64,000 nucleotides of DNA from Tubulanus polymorphus (GCF_964204645.1 NC_134034.1:744001-808000); one strand, 5' to 3'; positions 28,001 to 40,361 are shown, numbered from the stretch's first letter. Made by a program: numbers and translations. Notes: generated by a model not told the origin, from the sequence alone.

Positions 28001-31000
28001 ATCTAACAGCTTGAGATCAGTCGAAGCTCATTTAGTTTATCTAACAAGTCCAGTCTCTAGATTTAGGACCACTTATGGGCATACTCAAGTCATAACTGGA
28101 TACTTGTCCTGTTTTAGCCTTCGGCTTACTTTAGTAAATACTTTATTTTACAGACTTTGAAGTCAGTTATTGTAATTATTTTGTAGAGTTGTTGAGTTGT
28201 TATTGCGTCACAATGCAAACGCTTGTCTTCGTGATGAAGATGGGTTCAATGCCGTCCACTACGCTTCATTAAACGGCAATAAGGCTGCCGTAGAAATGGT
28301 ACGTATCATGATCTAGTTAGAGTTAACTCTGAACTCGGGATCCGGTTCTACAGTTCTGAGTTAAGAGTTAACTGTGAACTCGGGATCCGGTTCTACAGTT
28401 GTGAGTAAGAGTTAACTGTGAACTCTGGATCCAGTTCCACAGTTCTGAGTTAAGAGTTAACTGTGAACTCAGGATCCAGTTCTACAGTTGTGAGTTAGAG
28501 TTAACTCTGAACTCGGGATCCAGTTCCACAATTGTGAGTATGAGTTAACTGTGAACTCTGGATCCAGTTCTACAGTTGTGAGTTAAGAGTTAACTCAGGA
28601 TCCAGTTCCACAATTGTTAGCAAGAGTTAACTGTGAACTCGGGATCCAGTTCCACAATTGTGAGTAAGAGTTAATTGTGAACTCAGGATCCAGTTCCACA
28701 GTTGTTAGTAAGACTTAACTGTGAACTCAGGATCCATTACCACAGGGTTGTGAATTTTGTTGAAATCAGTTCATTTTCAGTGTTTTAATATCTTTATGAG
28801 TCAAATCTTAACTCTGAACTGTGGAACTGGATGCAGTTAGTTATCCACATGTTAATTCTAACCAACCTCCTTTTAACTGCAATTCCCCGCCTGTTTACTA
28901 TATAGAATTGAATTGAATTATTTGCTATTTTGTTTTTTAGTTGCTTGATTTGGCAGCTACTGAATTACTATGTCACAGTATAGGATCTCCAACCACTCCT
29001 TTACATATAGCAGTAAGTACTATTGAATACTACAATATCAAATCACCTTCATCATTTATTGATCACTCTTACTCTTACTGGAATAACAGCGGTCTAGTTG
29101 TTTCGGGTTATGTTTCTTTATCAATACTTCATTCAGTAAAAAATGAATGAATCGTAACATTTTATAACTAAAAATTTCTCTGATTAACTCGAGGAATTTT
29201 GTATAAATCACATGGAAACCCTACTGTAGTTCCTAGAAATGACGCTAAAGAGCGAGCTGGAAATTTCCTAGAAATTACTCTATTCCAATTTCCTGTTCGT
29301 AATTCCTAGAAATGGCTATGGAATCAGGGTCAGGGTTAACGTTAGTTTTGTTATTACAGGCTTACAACGGTCACTCAGGAGTTGTGAATATACTAATGCA
29401 CTATTTAGCCAATATAGATATACAAGATTGCCAGGGTAAGTGTGTCGGTCTGATCAGGCCCATAGAGAGCCCTTAGAGGCCGGTAGAGATGTCAGTCCCT
29501 ATAGAGAGCGGTTAGAGGCCGGTAGAGATGTCAGTCCCTATAGAGAGCCCTTAGAGGCCGGTAGAGATGTCAGTCCCTATAGAGAGCCATTAGAGGCCGG
29601 TAGAGATGTCAGTCCCTATAGAGAGCCCTTAGAGGCCGGTAGAGATGTCAGTCCCTATAGAGAGCCGTTAGAGGCCGGTAGAGATGTCAGTCCCTATAGA
29701 GAGCCCTTAGAGGCCGGTACAGATGTCAGTCCCTATAGAGAGCCATTAGAGGCCGGTAGAGATGTCAGTCCCTATAGAGAGCGGTTAGAGGCTGGTAGAG
29801 ATGTCAGTCCCTATAGAGAGCCATTAGAGGCCGGTAGAGATGTCAGTCCCTATAGAGAGCCGTTAGAGGCCGGTCGAGTTGATAATGTGTATGTACGGTA
29901 TGTATTTCAGGACGAACCCCTCTTCACGTTGCTGCTGGTAGTGGACATATCGATATCTGTGACAATCTATTATCGCAAGGATCGCTGTTACTAGTGAGAG
30001 ACGCAATTACTAGAGCTACACCTATACATATTGCTGGTCAGTACAATCTCATCATCAAATTGTCTACTAGTGATTTGATCTACAGACACTTCTAGAAAAG
30101 ATGTCTGCCTCCATAAATCCCCCTATGACATCATCAAATTGTCTACTAGTGATTTCATCAATAGACACTATAGAAAAGATGTCTACCTCCATGAATCCCC
30201 CTATGACATCATGGAAAAAACACTTCAGTGAATGATCTATAGACACTAACAGAAAAGATGTCTGCCTCCATAAATCCCCCTATGACGTCATCAAATTGTC
30301 TTCTATTGATTTGATTAATCTATACGGGTAGACACTTCCAGAAAAAATGTTTTACTCCATCAGTCTATCTAGGGCTTTGATCTATAGCCAGTAAAGATGA
30401 CTGCCTCTATAAATCCCCCTATGACATCATTGTTTTCTGTGTGTTTCAGCTGCGTACGGGCAGACGGAATGTTTGAGAGTTTTTCTAGAAAGTTCTGACG
30501 ATCACCAAATTATTGATTGTTTGGACGATCAAGAAAGGTACGAATTAACATCAACAATCGCTCAACAATCATTCACAGTTACCGATCAATATTAATCATT
30601 GTTCGATTCCTCGTAGGACGCCTCTTCAGATTGCTATTGGTAACGGTCACACAGAGACTAGTTTATACCTCATTATAGGTGGCGCTAGTATTTCATCTGT
30701 AGATGTGTTCGGACGCACTGCATTACATAGAGCTGTAAGTAAAACAAACTCTTACCTCCCCTCACTCTCCTCTCTCTGCTCTTCTCCCTCTTTCTCTCCT
30801 CTTTCTCTCTCTGCTCTCTTCTCTCTCTTCCCCTCACTCTCTCCTCTCTTCTCTCTCTTTCTCGATATCTCTCCGTCTCCCCTCTCTCCCCTCTCTCTCT
30901 CTCCCCTCTCTCTCTCTCCCTCTCTCCCTCTCTCTGCTCTCTCTTCTCCCTCTCTCCTCCCTCCCTCCCTCCCCTCCCTCCCTCCCCTCCCTCCCTCTCC

Positions 31001-34000
31001 CTCCCTCTCCCTCCCCTCTCTCCCTCCCTCTCTCCCCCTCTCCATCCTGTAATCACTGTAATTACTGATTATTGATATCTAGGCTGCTAACGGTCATGAA
31101 GTTTGCGTTGAGGATTTACTACAACACGGAGCTGATCCGACGGTTAAAGATGGCCGAGGACGAACACCCTGCCACCTAGCGGCCATGTGTGGAAACGTTG
31201 TTGTACTGAACTCGCTATTACAGGTGAAGTAAAGTCTAATATCTGGTGTTTGTCGTTCATTCATCGATCAAAATTCGAATTATCATTTTTGATGTTTCTG
31301 ATATTTTGTAGTCGGGTCCGCTGAGTTATAATCAGTTATTAGATCACCATGGTTACACTCCGTTACACTGGGCGTGTTATAACGGCCACGACACCTGCGT
31401 AGAGTTATTGCTTCAACAAACTCAACATAAGAAATTTTTCGGGAATCCTTTTACTCCGTTACATTGCGCTGTGTAAGTTTCACGCGATGATGTCATAGGG
31501 GGATTTTATGGAGGCAGACATCTTTTCTAGAAGTGTCTGTAGATCAAATCACTAGTACACAATATGATGATGTCATAGGGGGATTTATGGAGTCAGACAT
31601 CCTTTCTGGAAGTGTCTTGCTCAAATCACTAGTAGACATAGGGGGATTTTAATGGCAGGTATCTTGTAAAAAACCTAATTGTCATTGCAGGATAAATGGT
31701 ATCGATACTTGTACAGAATTATTATTAGATGCTTCCAATGGTCCAATATCGAATCTTAAAGACAGCAAAGGCAGGTCAGTGATAGTACCGGTATACCAGT
31801 TGGAATCCACACAACTGTGGAACTGGGTTCAGATTCACATAGAACCCACGCAACTGTGGAACTGGGTTCAGATTCACAACCCACGCAACTGTGGAACTGG
31901 GTTCAGATTCACATAGAACCCACACAACTGTGGAACTTGATCCAGAGTCAAATCAAACCCACGCAACTGTTGAACTGGATTCTGAGTCAAATCAAACCAA
32001 CACAACTGTGGAACTTGATCCAGAATCGTTTCAACCCACACAACTGTGGAATTGTATCTAGAATCATTTCAACCCACACAACTCTGGGATTGGATCCAGA
32101 ATCACATTAAACCCACACAACTGTGGAACTGGATCAGAATCACATTAGATGAATGTGTTTATATTCTGCTGTCCATACCGCTGTCTATTTTTTATATTTT
32201 ATAGAACTGCTGTCCATACCGCTGTCTATTGTTTATATTTTATAGAACTGCTGTCCATGCTGCTGCCTACTCAGGACAATGTGAATCTCTACAGTTGTTA
32301 TTAACTAATGGTGCTGATGTGAATGTAGTTGATGAAATGAATCGTAGTTCGTTGATGATGGCTGCGACGAGTGGAAACTGTTCGGCTATCGGTACGTTAC
32401 ACCGGTTCCTAGTTATATCTCATTTCATTTTGCTGTCAAATTCGCTTAAGTCATTAAGTAGTTGTGCTGATCATTTTGTTGACGACTTTTCCAAATGCAC
32501 TTAATGCGATGAATTGCAAATAGAAATTGAGACTATGAAATAGAGATGACTTCAGAAATGTGATGATTTTATCAATGAATTGAGTTGGAAAACATGAATT
32601 TGGACTCAAAAATAAAGACAACTTCAGTAATGACTTTTGCGACCATGACTTCAGCGAGTCTTACTGTAAAGTCATTCTAAATGTCTTGGATCTTCATTAC
32701 TTGAGCGGGGGCTGCATTTGGTCAAAAGTTATTATAGTTAACCAGTAGATAGTGACAATCAAAAATTCATTGTTACTACGATTTTCATCCGCTGGTCAAA
32801 TCTTCGACGAACTCTTCAGTGACTGCTGACCACGACCCAGTTCCACAGTTGTGAGTTAGAGTTAACTCTGAGTTAGAATTAGTTCATTTTCAATGAGTTA
32901 AAACTCAGAGTCAAATCTTAACTCACAACTGTGGAACTGGGTCCTGTATATTTAATATATATTGAATGGTGTGTTTTATTGTTTTTATATAGAGTTATTA
33001 TTAGAACATGAAGCTGATGTATCGTTGTGTGATATCCATCAGAACAATGTTCTGCATTACGCGTGCGCATTCGACGACGACAGCGCCGCCATTTTACTTC
33101 TTGATAAAATCGACGATAAGAACATCATCAACGCGGCGAACTGTGAACATAAAACGTTAGTAGACAATTTCTGGAATCGAGGGCTGATTCCATAGTCATG
33201 GCTTACACTTACGAACCAGTTCTATAATCTAACAGCTTAACCCTTTTAGTGCCGACTAATTAATACCCTATAGTGCTTAAGAAAATGTGAAAATTTGGGA
33301 AAATTCCGCCCTTGTGTGTTGAATAACCGGAATACCGCTACAGTGCGTCTACACCACGGCGCGGTTTATCATTAGTTACTGATATTTCACTATGTTTTAC
33401 AGGTGCTGCCATCTTTCAATAGAGATAATTACTGATTACATCAATACTCCGCAGTGCGGTGTACTAGCAAAATTCATCACCGATTTATACACTGCACTGC
33501 GGTGTAGACGCACTGAAAGGGTTAAGACCAGTTTTGATATTTAAGACTGAGTTTGGACTTAAGTCTCGACTATGGTACCGGCCCCTAATTATTAGATCTA
33601 ATTTACAGGGGTGGATTTACGACGTGGTTCTCCGAACCCACACCCATAACAAGGATTGGGACTAAGATATTTGTTTATGTAGTGTTACCCATGTTTCAGG
33701 CCTCTGCACCTGGCCGCTAAGAATGGTTTAGTCACCGTCGTTCAAATGTTGATAACAAGTGGAGCCAGTATCCTTGCGGTCGATGACAACGGGCACACGC
33801 CGGCATTGTCGTGCGCGCCTAACAACCGCGTCGCCGACTGCTTAGCGATAATCCTCGCGAATATGATGCCGTTTTCGAATTCAACGCAAGCGATTAGAAT
33901 CGGTAAAAATAATCTGAGCGGAACTTATAGCTTGGGTAAGTCATTCACTCATTAACGGTTAACGTGGCCTCTCAACAACTCAAATCATTTATCTCTAACC

Positions 34001-34114
34001 TTGATTTGTATTATAGATGGCACCGCTGATAATCGAACTGCGAACGCTGCTGATACCGATAAAGACCTTGACCTTCCGAGTTCTCATCAAAGTTCTGATT
34101 CGGAGTTTTTTTAA
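22002..34114 (+). CDS. ANKRD28: Serine/threonine-protein phosphatase 6 regulatory ankyrin repeat subunit (ANKRD28/44/52 family), 23 exons, ~1,027 aa
   Basis: GT-AG exons: 22002-22028, 22391-22474, 22832-22981, 23452-23652, 24142-24294, 24685-24888, 25553-25639, 25746-25939, 26331-26483, 26827-27036, 28187-28298, 28941-29012, 29360-29435, 29911-30036, 30450-30537, 30617-30734, 31083-31223, 31312-31472, 31691-31774, 32246-32391, 32993-33155, 33700-33935, 34017-34114 (3,084 nt, one open frame). N-terminus [37 protein letters not shown], many TPLH ankyrin repeats, late [20 protein letters not shown] and C-terminal SSDSEFF match the family. Likely co-ortholog of ANKRD28/44/52. Confidence 0.95.
22991..23410 (+). 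repeat. 79-bp satellite-like repeat (dispersed family)
   Basis: Unit gatgatgtcatagggggatttatggaggcagacatcttttctagaagtgtctatagatcaaatcactagtagacaattt; also at ~22510-22555, 24905-25520 (mostly -), 26521-26780, 30050-30430 (-), 31487-31650, 35390-35600, 52205-52400 (-), 61988-62183 (-). Confidence 0.9.
23678..24046. repeat. 24/33-bp minisatellite in ANKRD intron 4
   Basis: tcagacaatctgcagcctgtaacctgcagccct; same family at ~4830-4970. Confidence 0.9.
25966..26301. repeat. 38-bp minisatellite in ANKRD intron 8
   Basis: cctcatctgtacctacccgacagactgaagctacccgr, ~9 copies. Confidence 0.9.
27165..28032. repeat. 47-bp tandem array in ANKRD intron 10, ~18 copies
   Basis: ctaacaacttaagaccagtctaagctcattttggttctataaccaat; same unit as inside the element at 5686-5957. 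Confidence 0.95.
28315..28833. repeat. ~41-bp array of a MITE left end followed by the MITE body and right TIR
   Basis: Repeated gagttaactgtgaactcaggatccagttccacagttgtgagtaa, then cagttcattttca...aactgtggaactggatg. Confidence 0.85.
29456..29875. repeat. 39-bp minisatellite in ANKRD intron 13
   Basis: ccctatagagagccnttagaggccggtagagatgtcagt, ~11 copies; source of the [16 protein letters not shown]. Confidence 0.95.
31805..32145. repeat. ~39-bp degenerate array from the same MITE TIR
   Basis: acccacacaactgtggaactgg... units. Confidence 0.8.
33241..33521. mobile_element. piggyBac-like non-autonomous element (TTAA TSD) nested in another MITE
   Basis: ttaa|cccttttagtgc ... gcactgaaaggg|ttaa; flanks rejoin as ctaacagcttaagacca, the 47-bp-family unit. 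Confidence 0.8.
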
Positions 34115-34671
34115 CGTTCAAATAATCGATGAATTATTCGAGAGGAAAAACAGACTTTTCCGTCTGTTGTTTTTAGCGTGATGTGTGTTACTGCGTGTAT
34201 AATTCGATCCTCGCCGAGATTCAAACTCTGCTGCCATTGATTTTAGATCTATCGCCATTGATTCAATGAGAAATCTCATAAAATCAATGTTGGCCGAACC
34301 AAAATCAATGGTTTTGCGATGTCTATTCTATTTTAAAGTTCTGGTTCTGCAACGATTGCTTTCGAGATATCTTGCAATATAGGATACTCAACTGTTGCCT
34401 TTAGGAGATATTTCAATGTTCTGGATCTGTGACCATTGATTCTGGATCTGTTAACATTGATTCAGTGAGAAATCATATAGAATCAATGTTAACGAAACCC
34501 GAATCAATGGTGTTTATTATCATGTAGGGTACGCGAGTCGACATCGGAGGTTTGAGTCCCGACGAGGTTTCAATGATGATAAACCTTTTAAATTTTCTTG
34601 TTTACGAGTTTAGAGAAAAAATAATGATGATATAGATTTTAGTTTTTCATAGAGATCTCATACACAGTGAA

Positions 34672-34674
<3 letters not shown>

Positions 34675-34722
<48 letters not shown>
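34675..34722. repeat. (CAG)16 microsatellite downstream of the ANKRD stop (likely 3' UTR)
   Basis: Pure cag run. Confidence 0.95.
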
Positions 34723-34723
<1 letters not shown>

Positions 34724-37097
34724 TGCTCCAGTCCCTTTCTATAATCCTCTTACTAACTAAATCGGTATCACTGATTCTATCTTCCTCTCTCTCTCTCTCT
34801 TTCTTCATGAATTCTCAAACTCTTACTCCAGTAATTGAGTCTTAGTTGCGACAGAATTTCGACTGGATTCAGGTCTTCAGGATCTGTATTCCTATCACAC
34901 TTGTTAAAATGTACAGGATGTTTATATGTATTGTGTACGCGCGTTTATATACTAGAAATATTACATTCCTTTTAGGTTTATTCAATTCTAGAGTATATTC
35001 TATATTTTTGTTAATATATTGTTATTTATTACTGAGTTAACGTCATCTCAAAATAGAGATAAGGAAAACATTCTCTCAAACCAACTCAGAGTGAAGGGGG
35101 GAGGGTGGTTACTTACTGGAACCAGGCGACCTTACGTCAGTTTGATGAATACTGAATTTTTATTTCATTAATAATTGATCCTAATCAAGTGGAAGGTCGT
35201 ATTAATTATTCATGACCTTGTTCAGCTCCACTGAACCTTGGTATCGGTTCAAGGTTAAACTTAAAGGTTTTCTTCAATATTTTGAGATGGTCTAACTTTT
35301 TATTATAGTGTATTCAATTCTTTCTTTAGAGAATCTTAAGAGAAAGGGTTTATTTAAACAATATAGTTCTAAAAGTATGTATAGAGACTACCTAAAACAA
35401 GATGGCTGTCTCTATAAATCCCCCTACGACATCATCAGATTGCGCCTATTAAGGATCTACCGGTATATAGACACCCCCAGAAAACATGGCTGTCTTTCAA
35501 TGAATACCCCTAGGAAATTGCTTCACAATTTTGAAATTCATCATGTCTGTGGTGCAGAGCATGTCTGTGGTGATTAGTGATGTCATAGGGGGATCTCGAG
35601 GCGTTGGCCATCTCAAAATTTAGATTTTATATAAAGTATCATGTGTATACCTCGGAGTGGGGAGGTGTCCAGCAAGGACAAATAGATATATCAAAGCACA
35701 TAGAGACTTATCAATGAAAGGGGGAGGGGTATGGTCCTGGGGGGGGGGGGGGCGGCGTAATGAATAAAAGGCTTGTATACATACTTAATGAACAAACCTC
35801 TAATTTTTAGAGTTTATAAATTTGCTCAATAATATTCCGTTATATGAATTTAAATATAGATATTTTAAGTTATGATAATGTCTAGTAATGCAAGAGAGTT
35901 TAACCACAGTGAATGCATGGGACGGATTTTCATTTTAGGGCGTCACAATAAAACCTCAGTTTGACTAGTACGACAACCTGAACGTAAACCACACGATTTG
36001 GAATTCAGAATCTAAAACCTGTTGAAATCAATACATACGAATTCTTTTTTTAAGAAAAAAAAAACAATTTTGCAGAACGGCCTACATAAAACCAAATCTT
36101 TTTTTGTTATAACGTATTTGTTACATCGATTACTAAACAATATTTTTCCATCCAAAATGAATTGTTCTTCTAGTTATAACTTGTAAAATGTATGGAAATT
36201 ATCCAGTAACATAAAAAAAAAGAATTGTTGATTTATGAGAAATAGAGATTGGTTATAACTTCATCGTTTTGTGATGTCATATTTTTAGTTCGCCGTGAAC
36301 CCTAGTTTCAAACTGTATAAACAGAATTCCGGTACCATCCGCCACACATCACGTGCTCGTTACCACGGCAACCTTCGTTACATTCAGAATCAGGTACGCG
36401 ACCTTGGTTGCCATAGAACTTGCCGCAGTAACATTCATCCCTATGTTGTACTGCCGCGTAGTAGTAACCTGGAGAAAGTCAATTAAAAACCGATCAAGGT
36501 GTAGAATTGTGAATTATATAAAAATCTGAATAACAAGTTCGTCTACTCAACATCAATTATATATGAAATATTTATAATATATAATATAATAATACATGTC
36601 ATATACGTTGCTGGGCCGATTGTAAAGCCGCGATAGAGGCTGTATCCCAAAGGGACCCGAGCACACAGAAAAAAAGATTAATTTCATTAACAGTATCCAA
36701 TATTATTTTTCATCCGTTACGAAATGTCTCCCTCTGGCCGTAGTATTGCTTCGATATACGGCCAGTATGACGTCATAGAGCGTACCTTTTTGCCCGCAGC
36801 TTTTTCTGCATAAGTCCGGATGTTGCGGGTTGTGATGTCCGGTCGTGAAGGGGAAATCCCTTGTTTCATTGTCGCGATAGCAACCTCGATAAACTGTGGA
36901 GATACAATCATAAATGTGGATTATATTATCACTATCTACAGTTCCACAATTTGTGGATATTTGTGGATTAGTTATAGAATCCTACTTTACTAGCGACACC
37001 TGGTGGATCAGCCCCCACATGCTATGGATATCGACGGATGCTGCTATGACAATGATACGAAGTAAAATAGATTTTTTTTCTAGAATGAGCAGACGAT

Positions 37098-37343
37098 CAG
37101 GGGACAGCAAACCGTTTTCAGAGACTGTTCCTGACAATCAGAGGACAGTAAACCATTTTCAGAGACTGTTCCTGACAATCAGGGGACAGTAAACCATTTT
37201 CAGAGACTGTTCCTGACGATCAGGGGACAGTAAACCATTTTCAGAGACTGTTCCTGACAATCAGGGAACAGTAAACCATTTTCAGAGACTGTTCCTGACA
37301 ATCAGGGAACAGTAAACCATTTTCAGAGACTGTTCCTGACAAT
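37098..37343. repeat. 41-bp minisatellite, 6 copies, abutting a MITE (37347-37454)
   Basis: caggggacagtaaaccattttcagagactgttcctgacaat; a partial unit resumes after the MITE. Confidence 0.9.
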
Positions 37344-38498
37344 CTGGGTCCAGTTCCACAGTTCTGAGTTAAGATTTGACCCTGGGTTAAAACATCGAAA
37401 ATGAACTAACTTTAACTCAGAGTTAACTCTAACTCACAACTGTGGAACTGGGTCCAGGGGACAGAAACTGTTGCTGACGGTCAGAGGACAGACGTCTCTA
37501 TTAACAGTTTGATGATTGAGTTTGTTGGACTGCAGACTGTGGTTTGTTTTTGCTGCTAGACGACGCTGTCCTCCGATTCATCAATTTGCTTGACGTATGT
37601 GAATAATGTATAGAATAGAAACAGCAGAACCATCAATTTTTCCACTGAGAATTTTCAACGATTATCAATATGTGAACTAATGATTCTGTGGCCAAAGAAA
37701 AAAGTTTTCCATCACGTTATTTGTGAATTTATTGACTTGACGAGTCTAGTCCTGAGAACATCCTGATCTTGTTTGACTAACGAGTAAATTAAACCTGGAC
37801 ACAAATGGGGAACTAGTACTGTAAGAGTCATATTGAACTGAACCCGCACTAGTGGAGAACAGGACGCAGAGACAAGTAGAAAACTCCATTTGTAATAATG
37901 AACAACGAAGAAATTACTAGTCAAATAAAACGATGTTGCCTAATCCGTGTGTCTTAATTCGTGGTAGATAACTTGGATTTCGAAAGTTTACTATCTTGAC
38001 CCGTCAAGGGATTCGAACCCACTACGCTAAAGCTGTTCGCCGAACCCCTTGACCTCACGAATCGTTGGAGTCGTTACTAGCCGACCAGAATCCGGTCGTA
38101 CCAATCACAGCGCTTGTAACAAACCGTCAGTAGACTTCTGTTGGTTTTCCATTTAAATGGACCAATCAGCGAACGTTTTACCGAACAAGGAAGTATTTCG
38201 CAAATCGATATATGACGTCACGCGCAACAGCGCCAGTAATGAAATCACGCTTCGTGAGGCCAGGGGGCTGGTGGAAGCGAGTTCGGGAGTGATACCGGAC
38301 CCCTGGCAAGCGAGGATGAAAGTTTACAAGAAAGGGTTGAAACTGCTGTCTCTTGTGAATGTCTGTACAGGGATGGATGGATAAGTTTCGATTTCTCTAA
38401 GTCAAATTGGTAATTGGTAGTAAAATCGTGATTAGCGACCCCACTTTCTACAGTACCCTTTGTTGTTTTTATCGCTAGTTCTGTTAATTGTTAGTTCT

Positions 38499-38791
38499 CA
38501 GTGGCGGATCCAGAGGCATAAAATGACTACCGCATTTCGGCAACCGAGCGCCGAAGGCATGAGATGTGCAATACGAGTGCCTACGGGGGTTTGGGGGTCC
38601 TCCCCCAGATAATTTTGAAAAATTTAAAGGGCTGAGATGACATTTCCTGGGTTTTGGAAGAGAAAATTCCTGTTTTAATATGGGTACTTTTTTCTAAGTC
38701 GAGTCCATCCATGAAATAAATAAAATGTTGTTAGAGGAAAAATGTTGACTACCGCATTAGCGGCAAGTGCGGTAGGCTAAATCCGCCACTG
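38499..38791. mobile_element. Non-autonomous DNA transposon, TIR CAGTGGCGGAT, 5-bp TSD GTTCT
   Basis: gttct|cagtggcggatcc ... aaatccgccactg|gttct. Confidence 0.75.
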
Positions 38792-38950
38792 GTTCTGACA
38801 CGTAGCTTCTGTAGTTTATGTGGTCGTTCAGGTCACATTCCACCTGATGATGGCCGTTCGTCGTCAACAGCCGAAACGTTCTGGTTTCATAATTAATAAA
38901 TTCAATCATATAAAATTCTATTATTGAACTTCTTAATTCAAAGAAATTAC

Positions 38951-39257
38951 CTTTGCCGTAAGTAATCATCTGCTCGCTTGCCGGAGTCGGTGTTTGAAGT
39001 TTACGGGATGAATCCTTATAGAGTTCACATGTACCTGAAATAGATCTGTAGCCATCACAGTTCCGGTCATTGCCACACGCCCATGCGCAATCTATCCAAT
39101 ATCTGACCGGAACAGACGAGACTTTAACACCCGGGTCTTCATCCAGTTTCAACCGGCGAAACCTGAACGATTCATCAGTCCCTTGACCACCGGTCATCAG
39201 AGCTGACCAACACATCACCATAGCAACGATAAAAACTAAACTCAAACTGGTTTTCAT
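38951..39257 (-). CDS. Small secreted PAN/apple-like domain protein, exon 1 (3' exon unresolved)
   Basis: Signal peptide MKTSLSLVFIVAMVMCWSALMTGG, then YWIDCAWACGNDRNCDGYRSISGTCELY (C-x3-C-x5-C-x9-C, PAN-type spacing); donor G|gtaat after ...YGK at 38951; TATAAG at ~39294-39299. Confidence 0.65.
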
Positions 39258-39801
39258 AGTAACTGGTCGTATATACTGTTGTGGATACGGATCCTTATAG
39301 TTTTAATGTATGCCGATATTCAGAAAAATCGGAGTGGACTTCACAACAGACGAGAGCTTGTTGAATAGAGGCATGGGAAAAAAACACTAGTAGGTCTCGC
39401 GAATACGCGTTTGCTCCACGAGTGTACTGTTTTTTCTTTATTGAGTATATCGGTCTATACCGCAACTTAGATAGTTATCTAGTCCTGTAAGTGTGGCTGT
39501 CTCCACGTCGCTCTACGATTCTAGTGTACTCTGTGGTATAACAGACACTAAGGTTCTTGGTGAACTTAGACTGGACCTCAGGTGAGGTCAGTTCCCGTAG
39601 TACATGGCCAACACAGAGGTTGAACTTACGTGACGTCACGGACGTTTGGGTCATTAAAGTCGGGATACTTTCACTGAGATTCGAACCCAAAGTAAGACAA
39701 ACAAGTTAAGACAATGGAAATATGTAAGATTTACGATGTTTATTGTGAAATGTTGTAATATTTCAAATTTGTCTCCAAAATAAAAAGATACATTCAACTA
39801 C

Positions 39802-39950
39802 GGATCCTCGATTGCCAGAGGAAGAATCGGTTGACTGTCGTACACAAAAAACCACTAGCACACCTGGTGGATCCTCGATTGCCAGAGGAAGAATCGGTTG
39901 ACTGTCGAACACAAAAACCACTAGCACACCTGGTGGATCCTCGATTGCCA
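39802..39950. repeat. ~66-bp tandem duplication (2.3 copies)
   Basis: ggatcctcgattgccagaggaagaatcggttgactgtcg...cacctggt repeated. Confidence 0.9.
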
Positions 39951-40361
39951 GTACATCAGCTATATGTATTATTCACAATGTGGAAATTTCAACAAATATC
40001 TAACAATTATTGATATCATGCGATTTTATTTAGTTCAATAGAATTCCGCCAGAGGTAGTCAAACATCGAAACGCCAATAATAGTTTTGAAATCTGCATCT
40101 CAAGAATCTGTCAAACAGAACATGGAACATGAACAAAAATATGAGGTCTAGAAAAACATAATCTACAAGGCAAAACACGCTACTACTGAATTTCATACGT
40201 TAGAGGCAAAAGCCTCGGTCGGTTCAACACCAGGACCAGCAGAGTGTTAGTAAAAATCAATTCACTAATGTCTAATTTCGTGGAACTGGTTGCCGACTAA
40301 TGTAGGTGGCTCTGCTGTCTCATCGATCCGTCTGTCTGTGTTCCCGCTGTCTACATCAGCT

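Noticed and set aside
27165-28032. Regular arrays resembling CRISPR
   Set aside because: No unique spacers, no cas genes, located in spliceosomal introns.
29440-29994. 184-aa ORF with [13 protein letters not shown] repeats
   Set aside because: 39-bp intronic minisatellite between ANKRD exons 13 and 14; its end overlaps exon 14 out of frame.
38757-38950. C-terminal third of the 166-aa ORF
   Set aside because: Lies after a good donor site and runs into a transposon end; likely intron read-through.
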